A DNA stretch of 50,608 bases, from IMG/VR virus record IMGVR_UViG_2667527522_000001. One strand, 5' to 3'. Under the pieces are notes generated by a model. The model had not been told where the DNA came from. It searched no databases and saw only the letters and a list, made by a program, of their open reading frames with translations. The position numbers and the translations under genes were made by a program. The first letter of the stretch is position 1; each line of letters opens with the position of its first letter. Shown in pieces: positions 20,017-29,879 of the stretch. The DNA comes from a virus. Taxonomy: Duplodnaviria; Heunggongvirae; Uroviricota; Caudoviricetes.

Positions 20017-20907
20017 ATGGGCGTCGTTAAGTTAGCTGATTACAGGCATAACCCTGTACAACATCAGGAGGCATCCAGTATGGGGTATGTCTCTATACAC
20101 CGCCAGTTTATGGACAGCAGGCTCTATAAGGACTCTCAGGCAGTACATCTTTGGCTTCACTTAATCCTCAAGGCTAATCACGAATCTACTGTCGTCAATA
20201 CTGATATCGGTCCGATAACTGTTGATCGCGGTCAGATGATAACTGGACGCCCGTCGCTGGTCAGAGAAACATTCATCCCCGACAACAAAGTTAGGAGCTT
20301 ATTACGGACTTTTGAGTCGAAAGGGATGCTTAATATTTGCTCGATGGGGAAGAAATTTAGCCTGTTTACAATCGTTAAATATGACGATTTTCAGGCAAAA
20401 AATTGTCCAACGGTTGTCCAACGGTTGTCCAACGCAAACACCAGTAATGGCGCGGCTCTCAGCGGAGATTGTCCAACGGTTGTCCAACGGTTGTCCATAA
20501 ACAATAATATAAATAATATCTCTAATACTGACGTATTAGAGAGTGCCACAGCAGACAAAAAGTCTGACAAGAAAAAACCTTCCGTTAGCTGTCAGGATGT
20601 TGTCGATGCTTACCACGAAATCCTTCCTGAAGCGCCAAAAATCCGCGCACTGAATGACAAGCGTAAAAACCAGATCCGAACGTTCTGGCGCAAAGCCGGA
20701 GTGATAACCCGCCAGCTTGACGGGCATGGGTTCACGATGCAGGACTGGAGAAATTATTTGAGCTACGTAGGCGAAAATTGCCGATGGATGTTCGAAGAGC
20801 GTCCAAACCATCAACGCGGAACTGTCTGGCACAAAAAGGGATTTGATTTCCTGCTTAACGATAATACCTACCTGAAAGTTCGTGAGGGTGAACACGATGA
20901 CCGATAA
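20017..20907 (+). CDS. Replication initiator, O-like, with internal origin
   Basis: 296 aa; iteron array inside the coding region; next gene is a DnaB-type helicase. Confidence 0.65.
   Translation: MGVVKLADYRHNPVQHQEASSMGYVSIHRQFMDSRLYKDSQAVHLWLHLILKANHESTVVNTDIGPITVDRGQMITGRPSLVRETFIPDNKVRSLLRTFESKGMLNICSMGKKFSLFTIVKYDDFQAKNCPTVVQRLSNANTSNGAALSGDCPTVVQRLSINNNINNISNTDVLESATADKKSDKKKPSVSCQDVVDAYHEILPEAPKIRALNDKRKNQIRTFWRKAGVITRQLDGHGFTMQDWRNYLSYVGENCRWMFEERPNHQRGTVWHKKGFDFLLNDNTYLKVREGEHDDR
20401..20500. repeat. Origin iterons: two triplets of TTGTCCAACGG followed by an AT-rich stretch
   Basis: Six 11-bp direct repeats read directly; AT-rich segment downstream. Confidence 0.75.
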
Positions 20908-22333
20908 TTTTTATGCGCCGCCCCATAGCATCGAGGCAGAGCAGGCGGTGATTGGTGGATTGCTTCTGGATGATGACAGCAGTGAGCGCGTCCAGAAAGT
21001 TCTGGCGATGCTGAAGCCTGATTCATTTTACGGCCGACCACACAAAATCCTTTTCGAAGAAATAACCAGAATGCACCGGGAGCAAAAGCCAGTAGATGGC
21101 CTGACGCTTTTCGATGAACTGGAGCGTAAATCGTTAACGGCGTCTGTTGGCGGTTTTGCTTATATCGCTGAGCTCGCAAAGAACACGCCAAGCGTAGCAA
21201 ACATTGTTGCCTATGCAATGCAGGTTCGTGAAACCGCAATGGAACGCTACGCCATCAACCGCATGACTGAAGCGACGGAATTTCTCTATTCCCGCAACGG
21301 AATGACTGCAACGCAGAAGTACGAAGCTATTCAGGCGATTTTCACGCAACTGACAGACCATGCAAAAACCGGATCGCGTCGCGGCCTTCGCTCATTTGGT
21401 GAGGTCATGGAAGACTGGGTTAGCGACCTTGAGAAGCGATTTGACCCGTCAGGCGAACAACGAGGAATGAGCACAGGGATCCCATCGCTGGACAGGATGC
21501 TGTCACCGAAAGGTCTGGTGAAAGGCTCTCTGTTTGTCATTGGCGCTCGCCCTAAGATGGGGAAAACGACGCTATACAGCCAGATGGCAATCAACTGCGC
21601 AGTGCATGAGAAAAAGCCCGCTCTGATGTTCAGCCTTGAAATGCCAGGTGACCAGATACTGGAAAAACTGGTGGGACAGAAGTCAGGTGTTAACCCGAAT
21701 ATTTTTTACCTTCCGGCGACAAATGACGCTGATGACGGCTATCAGGGTGATTACGATGGTGACTTCAACAGGGCGATCGAAACAGCTAATCGCTTGAGTG
21801 AAATCGACATGCTTTACATCGACGACACGCCGGGATTATCTCTGGCTCAAATCGTCAGCGAAAGCCGTCGAATCAAGCGAGAAAAAGGATGTGTTGGCAT
21901 GATTCTGGTCGATTACCTGACACTAATGACCGCTGAGAAGGCCGATCGCAACGACCTTGCTTACGGCATGATCACCAAAGGACTGAAGAACCTTGCCAAA
22001 GAGCTTGATTGCGTTGTTGTGCTTCTGACACAGCTTAACCGCGCACTGGAAAGCCGAACCAATAAACGCCCATTACCAAGTGACTCACGAGATACAGGGC
22101 AGATTGAACAGGATTGCGATTATTGGGTTGGGATCCATCGTGAAGGCGCTTTTGATGACAGTGTTCCACCTGGTGAAACCGAACTAATCCTTCGTCTCAA
22201 TCGTCATGGCAATACCGGCACGGTGTATTGCATTCAGGCAAATGGCGCTATTTATGACACAGACCAACAGTCTGCTGAAATGCGCCGACGTGAACGCGAG
22301 GAACCGCAGTCCAAGAAGAAAGGAGGATTCTGA
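20882..22333 (+). CDS. DnaB-family replicative helicase
   Basis: N-terminal ...SIEAEQAVIGGLLLD; Walker A GARPKMGKT; LILVDYL region. Confidence 0.85.
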   Translation: MRVNTMTDNFYAPPHSIEAEQAVIGGLLLDDDSSERVQKVLAMLKPDSFYGRPHKILFEEITRMHREQKPVDGLTLFDELERKSLTASVGGFAYIAELAKNTPSVANIVAYAMQVRETAMERYAINRMTEATEFLYSRNGMTATQKYEAIQAIFTQLTDHAKTGSRRGLRSFGEVMEDWVSDLEKRFDPSGEQRGMSTGIPSLDRMLSPKGLVKGSLFVIGARPKMGKTTLYSQMAINCAVHEKKPALMFSLEMPGDQILEKLVGQKSGVNPNIFYLPATNDADDGYQGDYDGDFNRAIETANRLSEIDMLYIDDTPGLSLAQIVSESRRIKREKGCVGMILVDYLTLMTAEKADRNDLAYGMITKGLKNLAKELDCVVVLLTQLNRALESRTNKRPLPSDSRDTGQIEQDCDYWVGIHREGAFDDSVPPGETELILRLNRHGNTGTVYCIQANGAIYDTDQQSAEMRRREREEPQSKKKGGF

Positions 22334-22361
22334 TGACCATCTACATCACTGAGCTAATAAC

Positions 22362-22394
22362 AGGCCTGCTGGTAATCGCAGGCCTTTTTATTTG
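22362..22394 (+). terminator. Terminator-like hairpin after the helicase gene
   Basis: AGGCCTGC-loop-GCAGGCCT then TTTTTATTT. Confidence 0.4.
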
Positions 22395-22408
22395 GGGGAG
22401 AGGGAAGT

Positions 22409-22735
22409 GTGGCTGACTGGCAAATTCCAATCATCATTCTTGCCGGAACTTCGCTGGTTGCTGGCTTTATCCTGCTGAAGAAGCATAAAGACCGTGATCA
22501 AAAAGTCGAAGTTCTCTATGGGTATCCAGCGAACAGCACAACATGGCTGACCATTTACCACTACCGAAAATCAGGCCGCTGGGTATTCGAATGGGATGAT
22601 CTGTTCGCTGAAAAGCGACCAAAGTCATGGGGAGACATCAGCGAATGCATGATGTTTGAAGAAAGAAAATCCGGCGCAACTCGAGAAGAGTTTAACGAAG
22701 CGTGGAGGCGATTAAGTGAGAGAGGGTATCAATGA
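22409..22735 (+). CDS. Hypothetical protein with N-terminal hydrophobic segment
   Basis: 108-codon ORF. Confidence 0.5.
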   Translation: MADWQIPIIILAGTSLVAGFILLKKHKDRDQKVEVLYGYPANSTTWLTIYHYRKSGRWVFEWDDLFAEKRPKSWGDISECMMFEERKSGATREEFNEAWRRLSERGYQ

Positions 22736-22968
22736 GCAGAATTAAATCTGGTTATCCAGGAAATGGGGAATACCCGAAGCCATATTTACCTGTAACAGTG
22801 ACCACTAAATCTAGGCATCCACATCATTTCAAGCAAAGTGGTACAGCTTATTGGAGTGGCAACCGGTGGATAGGTATTGATGGGTTCAAAATTGGGTATG
22901 CAAAGGTAATTAAATGGGAATTTAACATCACACACTGGAGTTCATCCCATGAGGAAACTAACGTTTGA
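22732..22968 (+). CDS. Hypothetical protein
   Basis: 78-codon ORF overlapping neighbours. Confidence 0.4.
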   Translation: MSRIKSGYPGNGEYPKPYLPVTVTTKSRHPHHFKQSGTAYWSGNRWIGIDGFKIGYAKVIKWEFNITHWSSSHEETNV

Positions 22969-23389
22969 ACTAAGAAGCCCCATCCATCAGCAGAACGCCA
23001 TTCAAGCCATCCAGAAAATCCTTCCGGACCCAACCAAACCAATCGTAGTAACCATTCAGGAGCGCAACCGCAGCTTAGACCAAAATCGGAAGCTTTGGGC
23101 TTGCCTTGGCGACGTTTCGCGTCAGGTTGAATGGCATGGTCGCTGGCTGGATGCAGAAAGCTGGAAGTGCGTTTTTACCGCAGCCTTAAAGCAGCAGGAC
23201 GTTGTTCCTAACCTTACCGGGAATGGCTTTGTGGTAATAGGCCAGTCAACCAGCAGGATGCGTGTAAGCGAATTTGCGGAGCTATTAGAGCTTATACAGG
23301 CATTCGGTACAGAGCGTGGCGTTAAGTGGTCAGACGAAGCGCGACTGGCTCTGGAGTGGAAAGCGCGATGGGGAGACAGGGCAGCATGA
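22949..23389 (+). CDS. ninB: NinB recombination protein
   Basis: [56 protein letters not shown] close to lambda NinB. Confidence 0.85.
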   Translation: MRKLTFELRSPIHQQNAIQAIQKILPDPTKPIVVTIQERNRSLDQNRKLWACLGDVSRQVEWHGRWLDAESWKCVFTAALKQQDVVPNLTGNGFVVIGQSTSRMRVSEFAELLELIQAFGTERGVKWSDEARLALEWKARWGDRAA

Positions 23390-23562
23390 GACGACAGCGA
23401 CGAAGTTTCACCGACATCATCTGCGAAAACTGCAAATACCTTCCAACGAAACGCTCCAGAAATAAACGCAAGCCAATCCCGAAAGAATCTGACGTAAAAA
23501 CCTTCAATTACACGGCTCACCTGTGGGATATCCGGTGGCTAAGACATCGTGCGAGGAAATGA
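23386..23562 (+). CDS. Small nin-region protein (NinD position)
   Basis: ATGA overlap with ninB stop; Cys-containing basic 58-aa protein. Confidence 0.45.
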   Translation: MRRQRRSFTDIICENCKYLPTKRSRNKRKPIPKESDVKTFNYTAHLWDIRWLRHRARK

Positions 23563-23564
23563 CA

Positions 23565-23924
23565 ATGGATTATTCACAGTTAAGTGATTTTGAAATTAAC
23601 AAGCGAGTGGCAATTTGCTGTGGATTTGCTCCCGAAGATTGCGAAATCGCAAAGTTGGGAACATCAATCGTTGGTGTTGAGTGGGATGACGAAACTGGTT
23701 ATGCAATAAAAACGGTTGATTACTGTAAAAGCCCATCAGACGCAGAGCCGATTATCGTAGAGAACAGAATTGGAATTATTCCAGCACCAGAAAATGGATT
23801 ATGGAAGGCAGCGCATAGAAAAGTTGGCGGTGATAGTACCCCATATCATATGACTCAAGATGAAAACCCACTCCGCGCTGCCATGATTGTCTTTCTCATG
23901 ATGCAGGACGCCAATAATGCTTAG
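23565..23924 (+). CDS. Hypothetical nin-region protein
   Basis: ORF 23523-23924; probable start MDYSQLSDFE. Confidence 0.45.
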   Translation: MDYSQLSDFEINKRVAICCGFAPEDCEIAKLGTSIVGVEWDDETGYAIKTVDYCKSPSDAEPIIVENRIGIIPAPENGLWKAAHRKVGGDSTPYHMTQDENPLRAAMIVFLMMQDANNA

Positions 23925-24632
23925 CCCATCCCAATCCATTCAATACCAGAAAGAAAGCGTCGAGCGAGCTTTAACGTGCGCTAACTGCGGTCAGAAGCTG
24001 CATGTGCTGGAAGTTCACGTGTGTGAGCGTTGTATATATGAATGCTTAAATATGGTGGAACATAATGAGAAATATAAGCAACATAGACGAATTAAGAAAT
24101 AAATTATCATATGATGATGTTTTAGGTGTACTTAGATGGAAAGTGTCTCCTTCTAATAATGTTAAGGTTGGCAGTGTTGCTGGTTACATTAGGAGTGATG
24201 GTTATAGGATGTTAACTATCGATGGTGTAATTACTTATGCTCACCACGTTATATGGATGATAAATAATGGTGAGATTCCATTAGGGTATAAAATTGATCA
24301 TATAAATGGAGTAAGGTCAGATAATAGGCTATCTAATCTTCGATTGGTTACACACCAACAGAATGCACAGAACCAAAAGAGAAAAATAACCAATTCGTCA
24401 GGAGTGACTGGAGTATATTTCAATAAAGAGAGATGTAAGTGGATTGCGAATATATGCGTAGATGGGCGCACCAAATATCTTGGAATATTTGCTAGCATCA
24501 TTGACGCTATTGCAGAAAGGAAGAGGGCAGAAAAAGAACTGGGTTTTCATGAAAACCATGGCAGACCATAACTGCGCAGAACTGATGAGCGATCCGAATA
24601 GCTCAATGTACGAGGAAGAAGACGATGAGTGA
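23917..24632 (+). pseudogene. ninF: ninF split by a homing-endonuclease insertion
   Basis: N-terminal 39 codons to ...HVCERC at 24033; matching C-terminal CAELMSDPNSSMYEEEDDE at 24573-24632, in frame if 24034-24572 is removed. Confidence 0.6.
24065..24571 (+). CDS. HNH homing endonuclease with AP2-like DNA-binding region
   Basis: HHVIW...IDHINGVRSDNRLSNLRLVTHQQN HNH motif; own SD GGTGGA. Confidence 0.8.
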   Translation: MRNISNIDELRNKLSYDDVLGVLRWKVSPSNNVKVGSVAGYIRSDGYRMLTIDGVITYAHHVIWMINNGEIPLGYKIDHINGVRSDNRLSNLRLVTHQQNAQNQKRKITNSSGVTGVYFNKERCKWIANICVDGRTKYLGIFASIIDAIAERKRAEKELGFHENHGRP

Positions 24633-24837
24633 TTACCTGAAATGGTATCTCTGCCACCGCTGGTTAATTAAGTTTGCTGTAAAAGACTGGATGACAGCGG
24701 ATGCCAACAAGCTTAAGCAAAGAAAAGACTATTACTACGCCAGAATGAAGGAAAACTACTGCTCAATTCGCACTCGCATATTTATTAAAAAAGACCTTCA
24801 GTCAATTCTTCAATTGCGAGGGAAGGTAAATGGCTAA
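24625..24837 (+). CDS. Small hypothetical protein
   Basis: 70-codon ORF. Confidence 0.35.
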   Translation: MSDYLKWYLCHRWLIKFAVKDWMTADANKLKQRKDYYYARMKENYCSIRTRIFIKKDLQSILQLRGKVNG

Positions 24838-25120
24838 CCTACGCAAAGAAGCGCGCGGCAGAGAATGCCAGGTACGTATTTACGGCGTATGCAATGGCAA
24901 TCCTGAAACTACAGTTCTGGCACATTACCGGATGGCTGGAATTTGCGGAACGGGAATGAAGCCTGACGACCTGATCGGCGCATGGGCTTGTAGCGCGTGT
25001 CGCGATGAAATCGACCGACGCACCCATAATCTCGACAACAAAGACGCCAGACTTTACCACCTCGAAGGCGTGATCAGGACGCAGGCGATACTGCTGAAGG
25101 AGGGGAAGATTAAGTCATGA
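24830..25120 (+). CDS. Cys-rich nin-region protein (YbcO-like)
   Basis: MANLRKEARGRECQVRIYGVCNGNPETTVLAHYRMAG...CSACRDEIDRR. Confidence 0.55.
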   Translation: MANLRKEARGRECQVRIYGVCNGNPETTVLAHYRMAGICGTGMKPDDLIGAWACSACRDEIDRRTHNLDNKDARLYHLEGVIRTQAILLKEGKIKS

Positions 25121-25641
25121 ACGGTAAAAGATATCCAACACAAAAAGAAATCAATGAATTGTATGAATATAATAGCGAAACAGGTTTGTTTATATACAAG
25201 AGAAGAGAAAGTGCAAGAGAGTGCTGGAATTCAACATATGCCGGTAAGATTGCTGGTTCTATAGATGAAAAAGGATACGTTCGTATATCTGTAAATAAAA
25301 AAGTTTGTCGAGCTCATAGAATCGCATGGATATCCTTTTATGGAAGTGAACCTGATGGGGAAATTGACCACATAAATGGAGTTAAAAGCGATAACAGAAT
25401 ATGCAATTTGCGCGTTGTAGATGATAAACAGAACTCAAGGAACAGAAAAAAGCCTATTAATAATCGCTCTGGAGTAATGGGGGTTGCCTACTATAAGAAG
25501 AATAAAAAGTGGGGCGCATATATAAACAGTGATAATAAAAAGATATTTCTTGGATTATACGATGACATATCTCTAGCCGTTAATGCCAGAAAATTGGCGG
25601 AATCACGATTGGGGTATCACCATAATCATGGGAGAGGATAA
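25117..25641 (+). CDS. Second HNH-AP2 homing endonuclease, paralog of 24065-24571
   Basis: HRIAW...IDHINGVKSDNRICNLRVVDDKQN; fits exactly between neighbouring stop and start codons. Confidence 0.8.
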   Translation: MNGKRYPTQKEINELYEYNSETGLFIYKRRESARECWNSTYAGKIAGSIDEKGYVRISVNKKVCRAHRIAWISFYGSEPDGEIDHINGVKSDNRICNLRVVDDKQNSRNRKKPINNRSGVMGVAYYKKNKKWGAYINSDNKKIFLGLYDDISLAVNARKLAESRLGYHHNHGRG

Positions 25642-26004
25642 ATGGCAGAATACAGATTCACACTTCCGTACCCACCGTCGCTGAATACCTACTGGCGAAG
25701 ACGGGAAAGCCAATATTACATAAGCGACAAAGGCCAGAAATACCGAAAAGACGTTCAGCAAATCATCCGCCAACTCAAGTTAGACATTTTCACCAAATCA
25801 CGACTCCGTATCAAAGTCATCGCAGACGTTCCGGACTCCCGCCGTCGCGACCTCGACAACATCCTGAAAGGTTTACTCGACTCCCTTATCCACGCCGGAT
25901 TTGCGGAAGACGACGAGCAATTCGATGACATTCGCGTAATTCGTGGCGTGAAAGTACCAGGCGGAAGGCTTGGAATAAAAATCACCGAACTGGAGAACGC
26001 ATGA
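25642..26004 (+). CDS. rusA: RusA Holliday junction resolvase
   Basis: 120 aa; PPSLNTYWRRRESQYYISDKGQKYRKDV...DLDNILKGLLDSL. Confidence 0.85.
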   Translation: MAEYRFTLPYPPSLNTYWRRRESQYYISDKGQKYRKDVQQIIRQLKLDIFTKSRLRIKVIADVPDSRRRDLDNILKGLLDSLIHAGFAEDDEQFDDIRVIRGVKVPGGRLGIKITELENA

Positions 26005-26189
26005 ACGCCACAATTCAAACGATACCAGAGCTTCTTATCCAGACACGAGGCAATCAGACCGAAGTGGCAAGGATGCTTTCCTGCGCAAGAGGAACAGTGC
26101 TCAAGTACAACCGAGACAGCAAAGGCGAGCGTCACGTAATAGTTAACGGCGTCCTGATGGTCAAACAGGGCAAGAGGGGAAGGCGATGA
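26001..26189 (+). CDS. NinH-like protein
   Basis: ...GNQTEVARMLSCARGTVLKYNRD...IVNGVLMV resembles lambda NinH. Confidence 0.65.
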   Translation: MNATIQTIPELLIQTRGNQTEVARMLSCARGTVLKYNRDSKGERHVIVNGVLMVKQGKRGRR

Positions 26190-26674
26190 GCATAAGAGAA
26201 CTAAACCTCACCAAAGAACAGCACGAGTGGCTGAATGGCTGGCTTGAACTGTGGGGCGCATGGGTTTATTCAGGTCGTCTGGAAAAGCGCATGAGCAGCG
26301 TAATAGCTAAGTTCATGGAGAGCGTAGAGCCGGGAAGAGTTATGATAAGGCCAATGTGTAATGATGATGATGGAATGTTGATTTCTCAGGTCGTCGATTC
26401 CGTCATGTACATTGACAAGAAAGCCTTTGGCATCCTCCTCAGCTACTACGCCCACGGCTCTTCCAAGCACGCCATTGCATCTTACTATCATCGCGTCGCA
26501 AGACCTCGCAAGATGTTATGCCGGGGCGGCGGGCGCATTCAAAAACCATCGCTCGCAACCTGTCGACGGGAAGTTGACGAAATCCTCAATGCCTCGTTGT
26601 TTATGATTTACCCGGTTCTGGATAGTGCGTTTAAAAACCGGAAACGTGTAGAGAAAATTAAACATGTAGCATAG
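26186..26674 (+). CDS. Q: Late-gene antiterminator Q
   Basis: 162 aa; LELWGAWVYSG motif; sits just upstream of the late promoter and lysis genes. Confidence 0.7.
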   Translation: MSIRELNLTKEQHEWLNGWLELWGAWVYSGRLEKRMSSVIAKFMESVEPGRVMIRPMCNDDDGMLISQVVDSVMYIDKKAFGILLSYYAHGSSKHAIASYYHRVARPRKMLCRGGGRIQKPSLATCRREVDEILNASLFMIYPVLDSAFKNRKRVEKIKHVA

Positions 26675-26680
26675 AACGTG

Positions 26681-26760
26681 TTGACATCATTGAGCAAATG
26701 AGCAACACTATTCGCATAAGCTGCCGTTAGTGACTCTTAAGTTGCAACGGTGGCTTTTTT
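26681..26760 (+). promoter_or_regulatory. Putative late promoter PR' with qut/tR'-like terminator
   Basis: TTGACA at 26681; hairpin CCGTT...AACGG followed by T run at 26754-26760. Confidence 0.35.
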
Positions 26761-27211
26761 TGTTTGCACAACAGGTAAGAGCATTGAACCCGCAGACCTC
26801 GCGGAATTGGTGAAAGGTGCCGCGCAGTGCTCTTATCGTTGTGGTGAAGCTCAATGGCGAGCTAGCAGATAGGCGACAGTGAAAATACTAGTCATGTAGC
26901 TGACCGCCGCGCGTACTGCAATCGGCAGCGCACCGATGGAAGCCGGTTCGATTCCGGCCGCCACAACCCAAACTGAGCCGTAGCCACTGGCTATCCTGAA
27001 TTCATCAGTGATAGTTACGCTGCGGCATTCTACGCATGACCTTCGTGAAAGCGGGTGGCAAGAGGCTGCGCTAACAACCTCCTGCCGTTTTGCCCGTGCA
27101 TATCGGTCACGAACAAATCTGATTACTAAACACAGTAGCCTGGATTTGTTCTATCAGTAATCGACCTTATTCCTAATTAAATAGAGCAAATCCCCTTATT
27201 GGGGGTAAGAC

Positions 27212-27535
27212 ATGAAGATGCCAGAAAAACATGACCTGTTAGCTGCCATTCTCGCGGCAAAGGAACAAGGCATCGGGGCAATCCTTGCGTTTGCAATGGC
27301 GTACCTTCGCGGCAGATATAATGGCGGTGCGTTTACAAAAACAGTAATCGACGCAACGATGTGCGCCATTATCGCCTGGTTCATTCGTGACCTTCTCGAC
27401 TTCGCCGGACTAAGTAGCAATCTCGCTTATATAACGAGCGTGTTCATCGGCTACATCGGTACTGACTCGATTGGTTCGCTTATCAAACGCTTCGCTGCTA
27501 AAAAAGCCGGAGTAGAAGATGGTGGAAATCAATAA
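27212..27535 (+). CDS. S: Holin, lambda S type with dual start
   Basis: [41 protein letters not shown]... Confidence 0.9.
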   Translation: MKMPEKHDLLAAILAAKEQGIGAILAFAMAYLRGRYNGGAFTKTVIDATMCAIIAWFIRDLLDFAGLSSNLAYITSVFIGYIGTDSIGSLIKRFAAKKAGVEDGGNQ

Positions 27536-27995
27536 TCAACGTAAGGCGTTCCTCGATATGCTGGCGTGGTCAGAGGGAACTGATAACGGACGTCAGAAAA
27601 CCAGAAATCATGGTTATGACGTCATTGTTGGCGGAGAGCTATTCACTGATTACTCCGATCACCCTCGCAAACTTGTCACGCTAAACCCCAAACTCAAATC
27701 AACAGCAGCCGGACGTTACCAGCTTCTTTCCCGTTGGTGGGATGCCTATCGTAAGCAGCTTGGCCTGAAAGACTTCTCTCCGAAAAGCCAGGACGCTGTG
27801 GCATTGCAGCAGATTAAAGAGCGTGGCGCTTTACCGATGATTGACCGCGGTGATATTCGTCAGGCAATCGACCGTTGCAGCAATATCTGGGCTTCACTGC
27901 CGGGCGCTGGTTATGGTCAGTTCGAGCATAAGGCTGACAACCTGATTGCAAAATTCAAAGAGGCTGGCGGAACGGTCAGAGAGATTGAGGTATGA
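27519..27995 (+). CDS. R: Endolysin, lambda R type
   Basis: [39 protein letters not shown]... Confidence 0.9.
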   Translation: MVEINNQRKAFLDMLAWSEGTDNGRQKTRNHGYDVIVGGELFTDYSDHPRKLVTLNPKLKSTAAGRYQLLSRWWDAYRKQLGLKDFSPKSQDAVALQQIKERGALPMIDRGDIRQAIDRCSNIWASLPGAGYGQFEHKADNLIAKFKEAGGTVREIEV

Positions 27996-28459
27996 GCAGA
28001 GTCACCGCGATTATCTCCGCTCTGGTTATCTGCATCATCGTCTGCCTGTCATGGGCTGTTAATCATTACCGTGATAACGCCATCGCCTATAAAGAACAGC
28101 GTGATAAAAAAGTCAGTGAGCTGAAGCAGGCGACCGCCACTATTACTGACATGCAGCAACGCCAGCGTGCTGCTGATGTACTCGATGCTAAATACACGAA
28201 GGAGTTAGCTGATGCGAAAGCTGAAAATGATGCTCTTCGTCGCAAGCTTGATAATGGTGGCAGGGTGCTCGTCAAAGGAAAATGCCCTGTGCCATCCTCA
28301 GCCGAAACCTCCGTCGCCTCCGGCATGGGCAATGATGCCACCGTCGAACTCTCTCCAGTTGCTGGACGAAACGTTCTCGGTGTCCGGGACGGAATTATCC
28401 GCGACCAAACAGCACTGAGAACTCTTCAGGAATACATCAGGACGCAATGCCTTCGATGA
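27992..28459 (+). CDS. Rz: Spanin inner-membrane subunit Rz
   Basis: [31 protein letters not shown]... Confidence 0.85.
   Translation: MSRVTAIISALVICIIVCLSWAVNHYRDNAIAYKEQRDKKVSELKQATATITDMQQRQRAADVLDAKYTKELADAKAENDALRRKLDNGGRVLVKGKCPVPSSAETSVASGMGNDATVELSPVAGRNVLGVRDGIIRDQTALRTLQEYIRTQCLR
28212..28418 (+). CDS. Rz1: Spanin outer-membrane lipoprotein Rz1, embedded in Rz
   Basis: Lipobox LIMVAGCSS and proline-rich [11 protein letters not shown] in the +1 frame. Confidence 0.7.
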   Translation: MRKLKMMLFVASLIMVAGCSSKENALCHPQPKPPSPPAWAMMPPSNSLQLLDETFSVSGTELSATKQH

Positions 28460-28633
28460 TAGCGATAATTCTACTCATCATCCTTCACATCTGGCTCTGT
28501 AGACAGGGTGGTGATCACTTCTGGAGTAAATCCAGATTAAACATCTCATTGCTGATGCTTGATATTGAGCATCTGGCGCGCGGTAAGGGGCTGCGTTGAG
28601 ATAAGAGCCAGTCATCACAAACACCAGGATTTA

Positions 28634-28658
28634 GCCTCGCATTCGCGGGGCTTTTTTA
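28634..28658 (+). terminator. Rho-independent terminator after the lysis cassette
   Basis: GCCTCGC-ATTC-GCGGGGC then TTTTTT. Confidence 0.55.
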
Positions 28659-28804
28659 TATCTGCAACAAACGCGCTTCACACGCGCGACTTTTGAACAC
28701 AGAACCTTTCAGGATGACCCTTGAGGATGCCGGTTTGGTTATCGGTGCCTTTCTGTGGGCCGGAATCCTGTGTGACAAGGTTCATCACTAAAAGGTAATC
28801 ACTG

Positions 28805-29335
28805 ATGAAGTACCCAACAGTTATTGTCAATGGTGTGTCCGTTCGTGTTGATGAGGATGGACGCTACAACTTAAACGATCTCCATGCAGCAGCAGTTGCA
28901 AATGGAGAGGCTACAGAGCAACAGCGCCCAAGCCAGTTTTTGCGTAGCGCGCAGATAAAACGCTTCATAAAAGCACTGGAGGCCAAAGTGCAAAAAAGCA
29001 CTTTGGAACAAATTCAACCACTTAAAATAATCAAAGGTGGTGCAGAACCAGGTGTGTGGGGTGTTGAACTTCTGGCAATCAGATATGCAGCATGGATTAA
29101 GCCGGAATTTGAAATCGAAGTTTATGAAGTTTTCAAAACGGTCGTCCGTCTCGGCGTTGGCGCAATGTCCCGTCTGAATAGAATCGATCACATCATCAAT
29201 ACTGAAACCAAAGCGATAAGCCAGTGCGCAAGCCAAATGGCTAAGTGGGGCGTTGGTGGGCGAAAAAGATTGCTTCATGTTGCACGTGAGAGAGCGGCAA
29301 ATGAAGTGCAAATGTATTTGCCCGGAATGGTGTGA
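28805..29335 (+). CDS. KilA-N domain protein
   Basis: N-terminal TVIVNGVSVRVDEDGRYNLNDLHAA pattern. Confidence 0.55.
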   Translation: MKYPTVIVNGVSVRVDEDGRYNLNDLHAAAVANGEATEQQRPSQFLRSAQIKRFIKALEAKVQKSTLEQIQPLKIIKGGAEPGVWGVELLAIRYAAWIKPEFEIEVYEVFKTVVRLGVGAMSRLNRIDHIINTETKAISQCASQMAKWGVGGRKRLLHVARERAANEVQMYLPGMV

Positions 29336-29522
29336 TTTCGCAGGTTAATCCAGTTTTTGCATTACGGCAGTACCACGAAGCAACCCAAGCCAGTAAGTGG
29401 GGAAATAACACTAGCAGCCACTGAAAGATGAACCTCCTGCCTTATGGCAAAAAAGATTCTTTGTGGTGGCGGACTGATGGAAAGACATCCTAATCAAGCA
29501 ACCACTCCACAGGGTCATAATT

Positions 29523-29879
29523 ATGAACGACCAGCAAATCGAAAAAGAAATCGTTGAGAAAGGAAAAACCGCTCCGCGAGTTACGCCTCAATATATCGAA
29601 AGCATCATTCTTGAAGAGCATTTCTTTACTGCTTATGACGGCATTCGTGCTGCCAATATGGGCGTTGGCGATTCATGGACAGCGCATAAATCTACAGACC
29701 TCCTGACTTTCTGCGTACTGGTGCTGAAGAATGGCTTCACCGTCACCGGAGAGAGTGCCTGTGCAAGCCCGGAAAACTTTGATGCAGAAATTGGTCGGAA
29801 GATTGCCCGGCAGAATGCTGTAAACAAAATCTGGATGCTCGAAGGTTACTTGCTGAAGCAGAAGCTAAGCGAACAGTAG
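29523..29879 (+). CDS. Hypothetical phage protein
   Basis: 118-codon ORF. Confidence 0.5.
   Translation: MNDQQIEKEIVEKGKTAPRVTPQYIESIILEEHFFTAYDGIRAANMGVGDSWTAHKSTDLLTFCVLVLKNGFTVTGESACASPENFDAEIGRKIARQNAVNKIWMLEGYLLKQKLSEQ

Noticed and set aside
19869-20030. 53-codon basic ORF (MTKRRKKYQEKEEI...) between cII and the O-like gene
   Set aside because: It is plausible as a small phage gene but overlaps the start region of the replication gene and has no recognisable similarity, so it was left unannotated.
26921-26966. Possible complete tRNA gene between Q and S
   Set aside because: Only the 3' half folds. No acceptor 5' strand or D-arm lies within tRNA distance, and the anticodon loop is non-canonical. 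Kept as a remnant in findings, not annotated as a tRNA.
28680-28760. 25-codon hydrophobic mini-ORF (MTLEDAGLVIGAFLWAGILCDKVHH) between the lysis terminator and the KilA-N gene
   Set aside because: It is too short and lacks a clear ribosome-binding site. It could be a small membrane peptide but there is no support for calling it.
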